The notes under the pieces were generated by a model that did no database searches, had not been told where the DNA came from, and saw only the letters and a list, made by a program, of their open reading frames with translations. Below are positions 45,631 through 54,107 of a stretch of 64,000 nucleotides of DNA, in pieces. Position numbers and translations under genes: made by a program. The stretch's first letter is position 1, and each line of letters starts with the position of its first letter. Source of the DNA: Chthoniobacterales bacterium (lineage in GTDB: Bacteria > Verrucomicrobiota > Verrucomicrobiia > Chthoniobacterales > UBA10450); contig CBDCJE010000001.1 in the NCBI GenBank assembly GCA_965217735.1, positions 149,313 to 213,312 on the forward strand, given 5' to 3'.

Positions 45631-46815
45631 TTATAAGTTCTTTTCCGTCCAGGCGCTGACACGCTCGAGGGCCTTCTCGATGTTCTCGATCGAGTTGGCC
45701 ACACTGAAGCGCAGGTAACCTTCGCCGAAATCGCCGAAGGCGGTCCCAGAGAGCGCGGCCACCCCGGCATCTTGGAGCAGGGCGTCGGCCAGCTTCTTCG
45801 AGGGCCAGCCAGTCTCTTTCACGTTAGGAAAGACATAGAAAGCGCCTTTGGGCAGGAGACAGGAGAAGCCCTTAATCTTGTTCAATCCCTCGACCATGAT
45901 GTCGCGCCGTTTCTTAAACTCGGCGCACATTTTCTCGACCGACTCCTGCGGCCCGCGCAAAGCTTCGATCCCAGCCATCTGAGTAAAGCTGGCGGTGCAG
46001 GAGTTAGAGTTAGTCATGAGCCGGGAGACATGAGTGGCGAGGTCGGCCCGCATCACGCCGTAACCCATCCGCCAGCCGGTCATGGCATAGGTCTTGGAGA
46101 AACCGTCGAGCAAAATGCAGCGCTCCTGCATCCCCGGGATCGACATGATGGAATGATGTTCGCCCTCGAAAATGAGGCGGCTATAGATCTCGTCGGTCAG
46201 GACCATGATGTTGCGGTCGCCGATCGCGCGCGCAATCCCCTCGATGTCTTCCTTGGTCAGCATGCCGCCGGTCGGATTCTGGGGCGAGTTGAGGATGATC
46301 AACTTGGTCCGGTCATTGATCAGTTTGGCGAATTGGTCGACGTCGAAGCGAAAATCCATCTCCTCGCGCAACTGGATCGGAACCGCTTTGGCGCCGAGGT
46401 AGTTGATCATCGACTCATAGATGGGGAAGCCGGGATTTGGATAAATGACTTCGTCGCCTTCCTCGACCAAGGCGAGGATGGTGAAGAAAATGATTGGTTT
46501 GCCGCCGGGCACGACCACCACTTCTTCGGGCTGGACGGTGATCCCGCGCGTTTCGCCGACATATTGCGCGATCGTCTCACGCAGTTGTGGCATGCCGGCG
46601 GAGGGCCCGTAGTGGGTGAAACCCTTGTGCAGGGCGTCGGTGGCGGCTTCGATAATGTTCCCCGGCGTATCGAAATCGGGCTCGCCGATCTCGAGATGGA
46701 CGATGTCGCGGCCCTTGGCTTCGAGAGCGCGGGCTTTGACCAACACTTCGAAAGCGGTCTCGGTGCCGAGACGCGCCATGCGTTTGGCGAGGCGAAGTTC
46801 GAGCGGATGATGCAT
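45631..46815 (-). CDS. Class I/II pyridoxal-phosphate aminotransferase (AspC-like)
   Basis: ORF 45631..46866 (GTG); first ATG at 46815 (MHHPLELRLAKRM...). GEPDFDTP, NPQNPTGG, FSKTYAMTGWRMGY (PLP lysine). Confidence 0.88.
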   Translation of the reverse strand: MHHPLELRLAKRMARLGTETAFEVLVKARALEAKGRDIVHLEIGEPDFDTPGNIIEAATDALHKGFTHYGPSAGMPQLRETIAQYVGETRGITVQPEEVVVVPGGKPIIFFTILALVEEGDEVIYPNPGFPIYESMINYLGAKAVPIQLREEMDFRFDVDQFAKLINDRTKLIILNSPQNPTGGMLTKEDIEGIARAIGDRNIMVLTDEIYSRLIFEGEHHSIMSIPGMQERCILLDGFSKTYAMTGWRMGYGVMRADLATHVSRLMTNSNSCTASFTQMAGIEALRGPQESVEKMCAEFKKRRDIMVEGLNKIKGFSCLLPKGAFYVFPNVKETGWPSKKLADALLQDAGVAALSGTAFGDFGEGYLRFSVANSIENIEKALERVSAWTEKNL

Positions 46816-46874
46816 AGAGGCGAAGCTTCCGGTTTTCTGAAACTGAGACAAGTCCAAATCGCGCACGACCGGAT

Positions 46875-46883
46875 TCGTTAGGC
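46875..46883 (+). repeat. TCGTTAGGC 9-mer, exact copy
   Basis: Intergenic, between the divergent aminotransferase and glycerate kinase genes. Confidence 0.95.
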
Positions 46884-46952
46884 GGAAGCGGGTCAGACGA
46901 ATCTGGCTTCCGGGCCGGGAATGGTTCAGGGTGCGGGCATGCGAAATTTGGA

Positions 46953-48059
46953 ATGCGAATCTTAATCGCGCCGGACAAATTCAAAGGATCGTTAGGCGCA
47001 CGCGCGGTCGGCGAGGCGCTGGCGGCCGGCGTGCGCGAGGCCCTGCCCGCGGCCGAGGTGGAAATCTGCCCGCTGGCCGATGGCGGCGAGGGAACGGCCG
47101 AGGTGATCTGTTTTGCCCTGGCAGCGGAATGGGTTCCCTGCCCGACGCACGACGCGCTTGGCCGCCCGGTGGAGAGCGGCTATGGCTGGGTCGCTTCCTC
47201 CCGCCGCGCGATCATGGAAATGAGCGCCGCGGCCGGGCTTTTCCGGCTCACGGCTGAAGAGCGCGATCCGCTCCGCGCTTCCACCCATGGCGTGGGCGAA
47301 ATGGTGCGGGCGGCGGCGGAGCGCGGAGCGAAGGAGATCATCCTCGGCCTGGGCGGGAGCGCGACGAACGACGGCGGCTTCGGGCTGGCCCGCGCGCTCG
47401 GTTACCGATTCTTCGCCGCCGACGGCCGGGAACTGGCCGGCCCCGTGGCGGAACTGGAGGAGCTGGCGCGAATCACTTCGCCTGACGACCTCCAACTGCC
47501 GCCGATCGTCGCCGCCTGCGACGTGCGCAATCCGCTCCTCGGCTCCGACGGCGCCACTCGCACTTTCGGGCCGCAGAAAGGGGCTACGCCCGAGAAAATG
47601 GAAATCCTGGAGCGCGCGCTCACCCGGCTGGCCGAGGTCGCCGCGGCCACCTTCGGCTGCGATCACCGCGCCGCGCCGAGCGCGGGCGCGGCGGGCGGGC
47701 TTGGCTTCGGACTTCTCACTTTTTGCGAAGCGGAGGTTCGTTCTGGTTTCGAGGTGGTGGCGGAGTTAATCGGCTTGCGCGAAAAGATCGCGCGGGCCGC
47801 GATCATCATCACCGGTGAAGGCAAACTGGATCGCCAGACTCTTTCGGGCAAAGCGCCGGCCGGCGTGGCCCAGCTGGCCCGGGCCGCGGGCAAACGGGTC
47901 TTTGCTGTCGTCGGCCAGGCGGAAGACAAGGAACCGGGCGAACTCTTCGACGCGGTCATCACCTTGGATGATGTAAGCCCGTTCTATCGCGAAACGCCGG
48001 GCCTGCTCCGGGAGCGGGCGCAGGCGCTCACCCGCCACTCCGCTTTTCCGAGAAGCTGA
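46953..48059 (+). CDS. glxK: Glycerate kinase
   Basis: 368 aa. MRILIAPDKFKGSLGA..., PLADGGEGT, LGLGGSATNDGGFG, ITGEGKLD: the GlxK/GarK family pattern. Confidence 0.88.
   Translation: MRILIAPDKFKGSLGARAVGEALAAGVREALPAAEVEICPLADGGEGTAEVICFALAAEWVPCPTHDALGRPVESGYGWVASSRRAIMEMSAAAGLFRLTAEERDPLRASTHGVGEMVRAAAERGAKEIILGLGGSATNDGGFGLARALGYRFFAADGRELAGPVAELEELARITSPDDLQLPPIVAACDVRNPLLGSDGATRTFGPQKGATPEKMEILERALTRLAEVAAATFGCDHRAAPSAGAAGGLGFGLLTFCEAEVRSGFEVVAELIGLREKIARAAIIITGEGKLDRQTLSGKAPAGVAQLARAAGKRVFAVVGQAEDKEPGELFDAVITLDDVSPFYRETPGLLRERAQALTRHSAFPRS
46989..46997 (+). repeat. TCGTTAGGC 9-mer, exact copy
   Basis: In glycerate kinase, Ser-Leu-Gly (KFKGSLGA). Confidence 0.95.
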
Positions 48060-48086
48060 ATCCCGCTCCGGCGGTGCGAGCCCGAT

Positions 48087-48422
48087 TTACGGAGTCGGAG
48101 TGAGTGTGGGAGAGGCCGTCGCGGTCTCAGTGGCATTATCGGCCGCGTCCTTCACCTTCTCGACTGCTTCGGCGGTGGCGGCTTTCGCTTTCTCCGCCAT
48201 CTCATTCATGGCCGCGGCAGCTTTGGGCGCCTCCTTTTTGGCCGCGTCTCTCGCTTCCTCGATCTTCTCCTTCGCTACGGCCGCGGCCTGGCGGGTTTTA
48301 TCCTGGATGGCTTGTTTGGCCTCTTCCGTCTTTTCCTCGACCGACTGCGTCGTTTTCTTATCGCAGGCGTTGAGGGCGAAAGTGGCAACGGCCAGTGCGG
48401 CCAAGGGAAGGATGAATTTCAT
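48087..48422 (-). CDS. Small Ala/Lys/Glu-rich lipoprotein (LEA-like)
   Basis: C-terminal 111 codons of ORF 48087..48701, from ATG 48422: MKFILPLAALAVATFALNAC lipobox, then low-complexity AKEKIEEARDAAKKEAPK... Confidence 0.6.
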   Translation of the reverse strand: MKFILPLAALAVATFALNACDKKTTQSVEEKTEEAKQAIQDKTRQAAAVAKEKIEEARDAAKKEAPKAAAAMNEMAEKAKAATAEAVEKVKDAADNATETATASPTLTPTP

Positions 48423-48498
48423 AATCGGGTTCACTTTTCCCTCGTCGCGGCCCCCGGCAAATCTTTTTCTGCGGCGGCGGCGCTTCATGTAATGTCCG

Positions 48499-49164
48499 GT
48501 GGCGATGGCAAAACAACCGACCCATCTCGACAAACCGGAGCCGCGTTGGCAGGCGGTGCTCGCCCTCATCGCGGTCGCGGCCGTGTATCTGGCTCTGCCC
48601 CGGTCCCTGATCCTCGGGCCGATCTGGCTCCTGCCCACGCTCATCGCGCTCCTCCTGCTGCCGACGGTCCTGACCCATCGCATGGGCAACGTCTCCCTCA
48701 ACCACCACCTCGGTTACACCATCAGCGCCATCATCACTCTCGCGCTCATCGGCTCGGTGGTTTTGCTGGTGCTGGCCCTGCCGTCCCATCGCGAGACGCC
48801 GCTTCATCTCCTTTATTCCGCGGCGCTTCTTTGGTTCACCAACGTGATCGTTTTCGCCCTTTGGTATTGGCGGATCGACGGCGGCGGACCGAACGAGCGG
48901 GCGAAGGTGAAGGAGTTTGGCAGCTGTAGTTTCCTCTTTCCGCAGATGCAGATCCCGGCGGAGGAGCGAGGCGACTTTGCCTGCGCGCGCTGGCGTCCGC
49001 ATTTCGTCGATTACCTCTTCGTCGCCTTTACCCAGAGCTCTACCTTTGGCCCGACCGACGCTCCGCTTCTCGCGCGCTGGGCCAAGATTCTGGCCATGAC
49101 CCAGGTCTCGATCTCGCTCACCATCGTCGTGCTGCTGATCTCGCGCGCGGTGGGCGCATTGTGA
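48499..49164 (+). CDS. DUF1345-family membrane protein
   Basis: 221 aa. Multiple TM helices. WYWRIDGGGP and FVDYLFVAFTQSSTFGPTD blocks typical of DUF1345. Confidence 0.7.
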   Translation: MAMAKQPTHLDKPEPRWQAVLALIAVAAVYLALPRSLILGPIWLLPTLIALLLLPTVLTHRMGNVSLNHHLGYTISAIITLALIGSVVLLVLALPSHRETPLHLLYSAALLWFTNVIVFALWYWRIDGGGPNERAKVKEFGSCSFLFPQMQIPAEERGDFACARWRPHFVDYLFVAFTQSSTFGPTDAPLLARWAKILAMTQVSISLTIVVLLISRAVGAL

Positions 49165-49233
49165 GGCGGATTTTCTAAAGAAATTTGCGGCCTGAGGCTC
49201 GCCTGGATCGCGATTTGCTCTGCAGATCTGGCC

Positions 49234-50046
49234 ATGAGCTTTACCACCTTAAACGATCTCGACCAGGCGCTGGTCGCCGTGCAGCGCGGCGCCTCCGCCA
49301 TGCCGCAGCTCTACCGCGCGCTGGGCGAGGGCGAGCTTTTCCTCCTCATCCCGACCCGGCCCGACCTCGAGCTGGGCGACGCCGTCGAACTGAAGAACGG
49401 GATGGAGTTTCCCTTCGTCATGCTGCAGGACGAGGAGGGGGAGATCGTGCCGATTTTCTCCTCCGAAGAGCGAGCCCAGGAAGGCCTGGCGCGGGGCAAG
49501 GTCGCGCCCGACACCCTGCTGATTGTTTCCATGCCGGCCATTCAAGTGATGGAAATCCTAGGCCGGATCGGGCTTCACGCCGTGATCAACAAGAGCTGCA
49601 CCACCCCGCAGTTCGACCTCCCGCCCGATCTCATGCAGGATATCGCCAACGGCAAAGTCTTCCAGCCCCTGCCCCTGGAGGATGACGAGATCGAAGTCGC
49701 GCTCGACCTGCTCGACCCGGCCGATTATCCCACCACGCTGGTGCAGGCGGCCTTCGAGGTCATCCGGAAACACCGAAACTTTCGCGCCGCCTGGATCTTC
49801 CGCAGCCCGCGCGGGGAAGCCGTCGCGCCGAGCGGGCGAGGCTACCAATTTCTCCTCCTGATGGAACCGCGCGACTCGGTTATCTACCATGAACTCAACC
49901 TCGTCATGGCCGCCGCCCGCGACCTCGAAGATGACATCAGCCACGGCCTGGTCGACGAGGCCGACCCGGTCTACATCGCCAACCTTTTCCGCCAGGCCGA
50001 GCCATTCTACGTCGCGGCCGACTTTGCCCAGCCGCGCGGGCAATAG
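49234..50046 (+). CDS. SseB-family protein
   Basis: 270 aa. N-terminal LYRALGEGELFLLIP...PFVMLQDEEGEIVPIFSSEERA resembles the SseB N-domain. Confidence 0.55.
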   Translation: MSFTTLNDLDQALVAVQRGASAMPQLYRALGEGELFLLIPTRPDLELGDAVELKNGMEFPFVMLQDEEGEIVPIFSSEERAQEGLARGKVAPDTLLIVSMPAIQVMEILGRIGLHAVINKSCTTPQFDLPPDLMQDIANGKVFQPLPLEDDEIEVALDLLDPADYPTTLVQAAFEVIRKHRNFRAAWIFRSPRGEAVAPSGRGYQFLLLMEPRDSVIYHELNLVMAAARDLEDDISHGLVDEADPVYIANLFRQAEPFYVAADFAQPRGQ

Positions 50047-50124
50047 CGGCCGGCTGCGCAAATGAGAAACGCCCCGCGCTTTTGGCACGGGGCGTTCTCG
50101 GAATTGTTGTCTAACGAGTAAAGG

Positions 50125-50652
50125 TTATTCCTTCGGCGTCGACTCCATCGAGGAGCTGGTGATGTCTTCCGCGCCGGCGTTTTCGTAGATGTCTTTGGCC
50201 CGCTTCTCTTCGTCGCTGTCGTGGGTGTGGACGGCGATGAGGTAGTTGCCGGATTTGAGTTTCTCTTCGTAGCGTTTCGCTTCGATCTCGGGAATGCCGA
50301 GGCCGATGAGACCGCCGACCACGCCGCCGGCCGCGCCGCCGATAGCCGCGCCGCTCAAGGCCGCCATGATCGGGCCGGCCGCGATGAGCGGTCCGACACC
50401 CGGGATGGCGAGAGCGCCGATGCCGGCGAGGAGTCCGATGACGCCGCCAGTAACACCGCCCGTGACTCCACCAGTGGTGGCGCCTTCAGGAGCTTTGGTG
50501 GCTTTGACGTGGCCGATGTCATGTTTGCCTTCGGTGTCGGGCAGGAGGATGGAGATTTCGTTCGCCGGGAAGCCGGAGGCTTGGAGGCCTTCGACGATTT
50601 GTTCGGCCTGGCCATGGCTCTGGGCGATGCAGAAAACTTGTGTTTTGGACAT
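50125..50652 (-). CDS. Glycine-zipper membrane stress protein (general-stress/YflT-like)
   Basis: 175 aa. Central GGVTGGVTGGVIGLLAGIGALAIPGVGPLIAAGPIMAALSGAAIGGAAGGVVGGLIGLG. Flanking soluble domains with ...KSGNYLIAVHTHDSDEEKRAKDIYE. Confidence 0.6.
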   Translation of the reverse strand: MSKTQVFCIAQSHGQAEQIVEGLQASGFPANEISILLPDTEGKHDIGHVKATKAPEGATTGGVTGGVTGGVIGLLAGIGALAIPGVGPLIAAGPIMAALSGAAIGGAAGGVVGGLIGLGIPEIEAKRYEEKLKSGNYLIAVHTHDSDEEKRAKDIYENAGAEDITSSSMESTPKE

Positions 50653-50689
50653 AATGTTGGGTCTTTTTTCTATTGGTTTGGTGTTGAAA

Positions 50690-51079
50690 TTATTCGGAGG
50701 TTTTGACCTCGAGTTGGTTCATGACTTTGTCGCCGCTGGCGTGAGCCCGGGCGTGCTTGGCGATGGCCATCTTTTCCGCCTCGGTCTTGACCGGTCCACG
50801 CAAGGTCACGACGCCGTCGGCGGTGATGATCTTGACGTTCTTGGCCGTCATGCTGAGCGAGTCGTCTTTCATCACCGCGCGCCGGATGGCTGCGGTGATC
50901 TTGATGTCGGCGGAGTCGTTGGATTGATCGCCGGAAGTCTTGGTGTCGCTCTCACGGTCGCGAACGTTTCGGCCGGAATTATCCGCCGGGGTCGGGGTGG
51001 CGGCGGAGTCGTTGTCCTCGGCCACAACGGAGAGGGTAAGGGCGCTGAGGCAGAGCAGGGATAAGAGTGTGCGTTTCAT
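50690..51079 (-). CDS. BON-domain (OsmY-like) secreted protein
   Basis: ORF 50690..51100; signal peptide starts at MKRTLLSLLCLSALTLSVVA (ATG 51079, or the preceding ATG 51082). BON pattern ITAAIRRAVMKDDSLS...VKIITADGVVTLRGPV. Confidence 0.7.
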   Translation of the reverse strand: MKRTLLSLLCLSALTLSVVAEDNDSAATPTPADNSGRNVRDRESDTKTSGDQSNDSADIKITAAIRRAVMKDDSLSMTAKNVKIITADGVVTLRGPVKTEAEKMAIAKHARAHASGDKVMNQLEVKTSE

Positions 51080-51159
51080 CATAATAATAAATGCCGCCAT
51101 CTGGCGGCGCTTTGATACGGGCTTGGCGGAAGGCGCGGCTGCCTCAGCTCCCGAAATAA

Positions 51160-51203
51160 CCGAAAAAAAGCGGAAATAAATCGGGCGCCGAAGCCCGCGC
51201 CCC
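51160..51203 (-). terminator. Rho-independent terminator candidate downstream of the aminopeptidase gene
   Basis: Minus strand reads GGGGCGCGGGCTTCGGCGCCC (GC stem GGGCGC/GCGCCC) followed by GATTTATTTCCGCTTTTTTTCGG. Confidence 0.55.
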
Positions 51204-51280
51204 GAGGTTTTCGGACCGGCTCGGCTCGACCAGCCGCCGGGGGTTCAAGAATCGCACCGTAATTAGCGGCGCGGCGGATC

Positions 51281-52306
51281 TCAGACCAGGAATTTGCCCT
51301 TCGCCATCACCTGTTCGTCGTCGAACCAAATGTCGAAGTCGCGTCCGACGCAATCGATGTGCGTCTTGGAGAGCCAGGTCTGGCCGGTGTGCTCGGCATA
51401 GGGGTGGCCAAAGGCAATGTGAATGCCGGGAATTTTCTCATCCTGAAGGATGTTACCGATGATGTCTTTGCAGGCGGTGTTGGTGCCGACGGCAAATTCG
51501 CCCACCCGGTTGCTGTTCTCGTCCGTCATGGTGTAGGCGGTGAATTCCTCCAGCAATTCCTGGTTGGCGCAGGCGAGCGATCTGATCCGGTTATCCCGGA
51601 TCTCGATTGTGAGCGGAGTGGCCTGGATGTCGCCGTATTTCTGGCAAAGGTAATCGCCGACCACCCCGTCGACCACGAAGACGCCGTTGCTATCGAAGGG
51701 GGAGGTGAAAATCTCGCCCCCGGGCAGGTTGCCCCATTTCTCCGGGGTGATGATGCCGCTGGTCTTGAGCCAGCGCAGGTTGGCGGAAAAATCGGCGGTG
51801 TAGTCGGTCCCGGCGGCGGTGCGGCAGGTGATCCGCCTGGAACGGCGCGCTTTCTCGACCAGGATCTGGCTGTGCGCGTCGATTGCTTTGAAATCGGCCC
51901 GCATCCCTTCGAGCATGATCTGCCGGCTGATGTTGACCATGTGGCCGTGGCGGATGTGGTTCTTGTTCACCACGTCGCTCATCTGCATGCGCGAGCCGAG
52001 CTCGCCTCGCTGGGTTTGCGCACAAAAGATCGAGACCTGCGAGGTGCCGAGATCATCCAGGATGACGCGCGGCATGTCGGTCAAAGGCCGCTCGGCATAT
52101 TCTTCCAGGACAAAGACGGCGTGCTCGGACCCGACTTCCTCGACCTGTTGCTGGAGGGCAGCGGCGATCTCGCTCGTGACCCGGTCGGTGATAATGGTGA
52201 TGCGTTCGTTAGGCTGAAGACGCAGGCAATCGCGGATGGCGTTGCGCGCGCCCGGGATCAGCTCGGGATCGACGGCGGCGGTAGCGGTGGAAAAGCGGTT
52301 CGGCAT
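51281..52306 (-). CDS. Aminopeptidase (M29 / aminopeptidase T-like)
   Basis: 341 aa. N-terminal ARNAIRDCLRLQPNERITIITD and C-terminal GIHIAFGHPY...THIDCV resemble the family. Confidence 0.7.
   Translation of the reverse strand: MPNRFSTATAAVDPELIPGARNAIRDCLRLQPNERITIITDRVTSEIAAALQQQVEEVGSEHAVFVLEEYAERPLTDMPRVILDDLGTSQVSIFCAQTQRGELGSRMQMSDVVNKNHIRHGHMVNISRQIMLEGMRADFKAIDAHSQILVEKARRSRRITCRTAAGTDYTADFSANLRWLKTSGIITPEKWGNLPGGEIFTSPFDSNGVFVVDGVVGDYLCQKYGDIQATPLTIEIRDNRIRSLACANQELLEEFTAYTMTDENSNRVGEFAVGTNTACKDIIGNILQDEKIPGIHIAFGHPYAEHTGQTWLSKTHIDCVGRDFDIWFDDEQVMAKGKFLV
52206..52214 (+). repeat. TCGTTAGGC 9-mer, exact copy
   Basis: In the aminopeptidase gene (minus), Pro-Asn-Glu. Confidence 0.95.
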
Positions 52307-52355
52307 GGCGGAAAGACGCTCAGCATGGCGCGGAATAGTGCCCAGGGCAATTCCG

Positions 52356-53489
52356 CTAGAGCTGTGCCGCCGCCGGCAGCGGCACGGTCAATCCTTCGTA
52401 GGTTTCCTCCACGATCAGGTCGACCACGTCGTGCATGTTGTGCTCGCGTTCCCAAGCCGCCAGCTGGCGGTCGGCGCCGGTGCCTTCACGCATGATTTTC
52501 TCGACGTGGGCGATCTCCTGCTCGCTCCCCAGTTCATCCACTTCGGTGCTGATGAAATCGAGCAACTCATCGAGCAGCTCGCGCGTGTCCATTTCCGCCT
52601 CGCGGCCGAAATCGATCAGCTTGCCGTCGAGCCCGTAGCGCGAGGCACGCCAGCGATTCTCGTCGATCAAGCGGCGGCGATAGACGCGGAAGGTGGTGTT
52701 GTGCCGGAGCAGCTTGTGCAGCTTGACCACGATGGCCTGGATGACCGCGGCCATCGCCATGGTGTCGTCGACCCGGCTTTGCGCGTCGCAAATGCGGATC
52801 TCGAGCGTGTCGAAAAACGGATGCAGCCGGATGTCCCACCAGATCTTCTTCGCGTTATCGACGCAGCCGGTCTTGATCAGCAGCTTGAGGAAATCCTCAT
52901 ACTCGGAAAGGCTCTCGAAGGCGTCGGGCGTGCCGGTGCGCGGGAAACGCTCGAAGACTTTGAGGCGATAACCTTTCAGCCCGGTATTGCGCCCGACCCA
53001 GAAAGGCGAGTTGGTCGAAAGGGCGTAGAGATGCGGGAGGAAATAGCGGGCCTGGTTCATGACGTGGATCGCGGTCGAGCGATCGGGAATGCCGACATGG
53101 ACGTGGAGCCCGAAGATGAGATTGGCCCGCGCCACTTGCTGCAGATCTTTCACGATGGTGGCGTAGCGCTCTCCTTCCGTGATGTGCTGGTCGAACCAAT
53201 GCGAAAACGGATGCGTCCCGGCGGAGGCGATCTTCAAGCCGCCCCGGCCGGCCATGGTGGCGAGCTCGCTCCGCAGGCGCACGACCTGCTCGCGCCCTTC
53301 GTGGATGTTGCCGCAGACGTCCGTCCCGAGCTCAACCACCGATTGATGCATCTCGGGCTTGATCTGTTCCTTCAGCGTCACCTTCCCCTCGCCCAGGATC
53401 TGCTGGATGTGGGAACGCAATTCGCGCGTCTCCGGATCAATAATTTGAAATTCTTCTTCGATCCCGAGAGTGAAGACGTGATCGCTCAT
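52356..53489 (-). CDS. Carboxylate-amine ligase, YbdK / glutamate-cysteine ligase family 2
   Basis: 377 aa. FTLGIEEEFQIIDPETREL, GLHVHVGIPD, STNSPFW: the GCS2 signature. Confidence 0.85.
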   Translation of the reverse strand: MSDHVFTLGIEEEFQIIDPETRELRSHIQQILGEGKVTLKEQIKPEMHQSVVELGTDVCGNIHEGREQVVRLRSELATMAGRGGLKIASAGTHPFSHWFDQHITEGERYATIVKDLQQVARANLIFGLHVHVGIPDRSTAIHVMNQARYFLPHLYALSTNSPFWVGRNTGLKGYRLKVFERFPRTGTPDAFESLSEYEDFLKLLIKTGCVDNAKKIWWDIRLHPFFDTLEIRICDAQSRVDDTMAMAAVIQAIVVKLHKLLRHNTTFRVYRRRLIDENRWRASRYGLDGKLIDFGREAEMDTRELLDELLDFISTEVDELGSEQEIAHVEKIMREGTGADRQLAAWEREHNMHDVVDLIVEETYEGLTVPLPAAAQL

Positions 53490-53597
53490 GCCCTAACAAC
53501 AACCGCCAAGTCGCCGCCGCGCGCAAGCTGATCGTCACTGGGACATCGGCGCTACCGGTGGCCGGCTGGCTTGTAACCTGCTAAAGCAAGCGCGCTC

Positions 53598-53954
53598 ATG
53601 AGAATCGCTCCGCGCCGGACCGGCTTTGCCCTTGTCGAAATCATGGTCGCGGTCGCCATCGTCGCGCTCCTCGCTTCGCTGGCTGTGGCCGGATTTCTGC
53701 GCGCGCGCAAACGTTCCCAAGCCGTCACTGTCCTGACCGAGCTGCGTTTGCTCGACCGGGCGATTACTCTCTACGCGATCGAGAATAGTAAAATCTCCGG
53801 CGCCAAAGCCAGGTTCAAGGATCTGAAGGTCTACCTGAAAAAGAATGGAAACCTCTACCAGACGGGCAAGGATGTCCTGGGCCACTCCTACGGCTCCGCT
53901 TTCTATGTCGGTGCTCTCCCCAAGGTCCCAAAAAAGCGCTGGCCGACGCCGTAG
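53598..53954 (+). CDS. Prepilin-type N-terminal cleavage/methylation domain protein (pilin/pseudopilin-like), strongly basic
   Basis: 118 aa. RRTGFALVEIMVAVAIVALLASLAVAGF matches the G|F(T/A)LxE prepilin signal. Mature part has about 18 K/R versus 5 D/E. No pilus-assembly genes adjacent. Confidence 0.75.
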   Translation: MRIAPRRTGFALVEIMVAVAIVALLASLAVAGFLRARKRSQAVTVLTELRLLDRAITLYAIENSKISGAKARFKDLKVYLKKNGNLYQTGKDVLGHSYGSAFYVGALPKVPKKRWPTP

Positions 53955-54107
53955 CAAACAGCTACTGGGACCCCTATCCGTGAATCTGCCTAACCAATTC
54001 CGAGGGCCGGCCCAGAGCGAAACGTGATGGCCCATGCCGCAACCCCAACCGCCCAATCCTTGCCGGGCGGCAGTCGGCGCAAGCGTCCGTGAGGGCAACC
54101 AGCTCGT

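Noticed and set aside
51238-51262. GGGGGTTCAAGAATCGCACC, which resembles a tRNA T-arm.
   Set aside because: There is no acceptor stem, D-arm or anticodon arm around it. It lies directly after the aminopeptidase stop.
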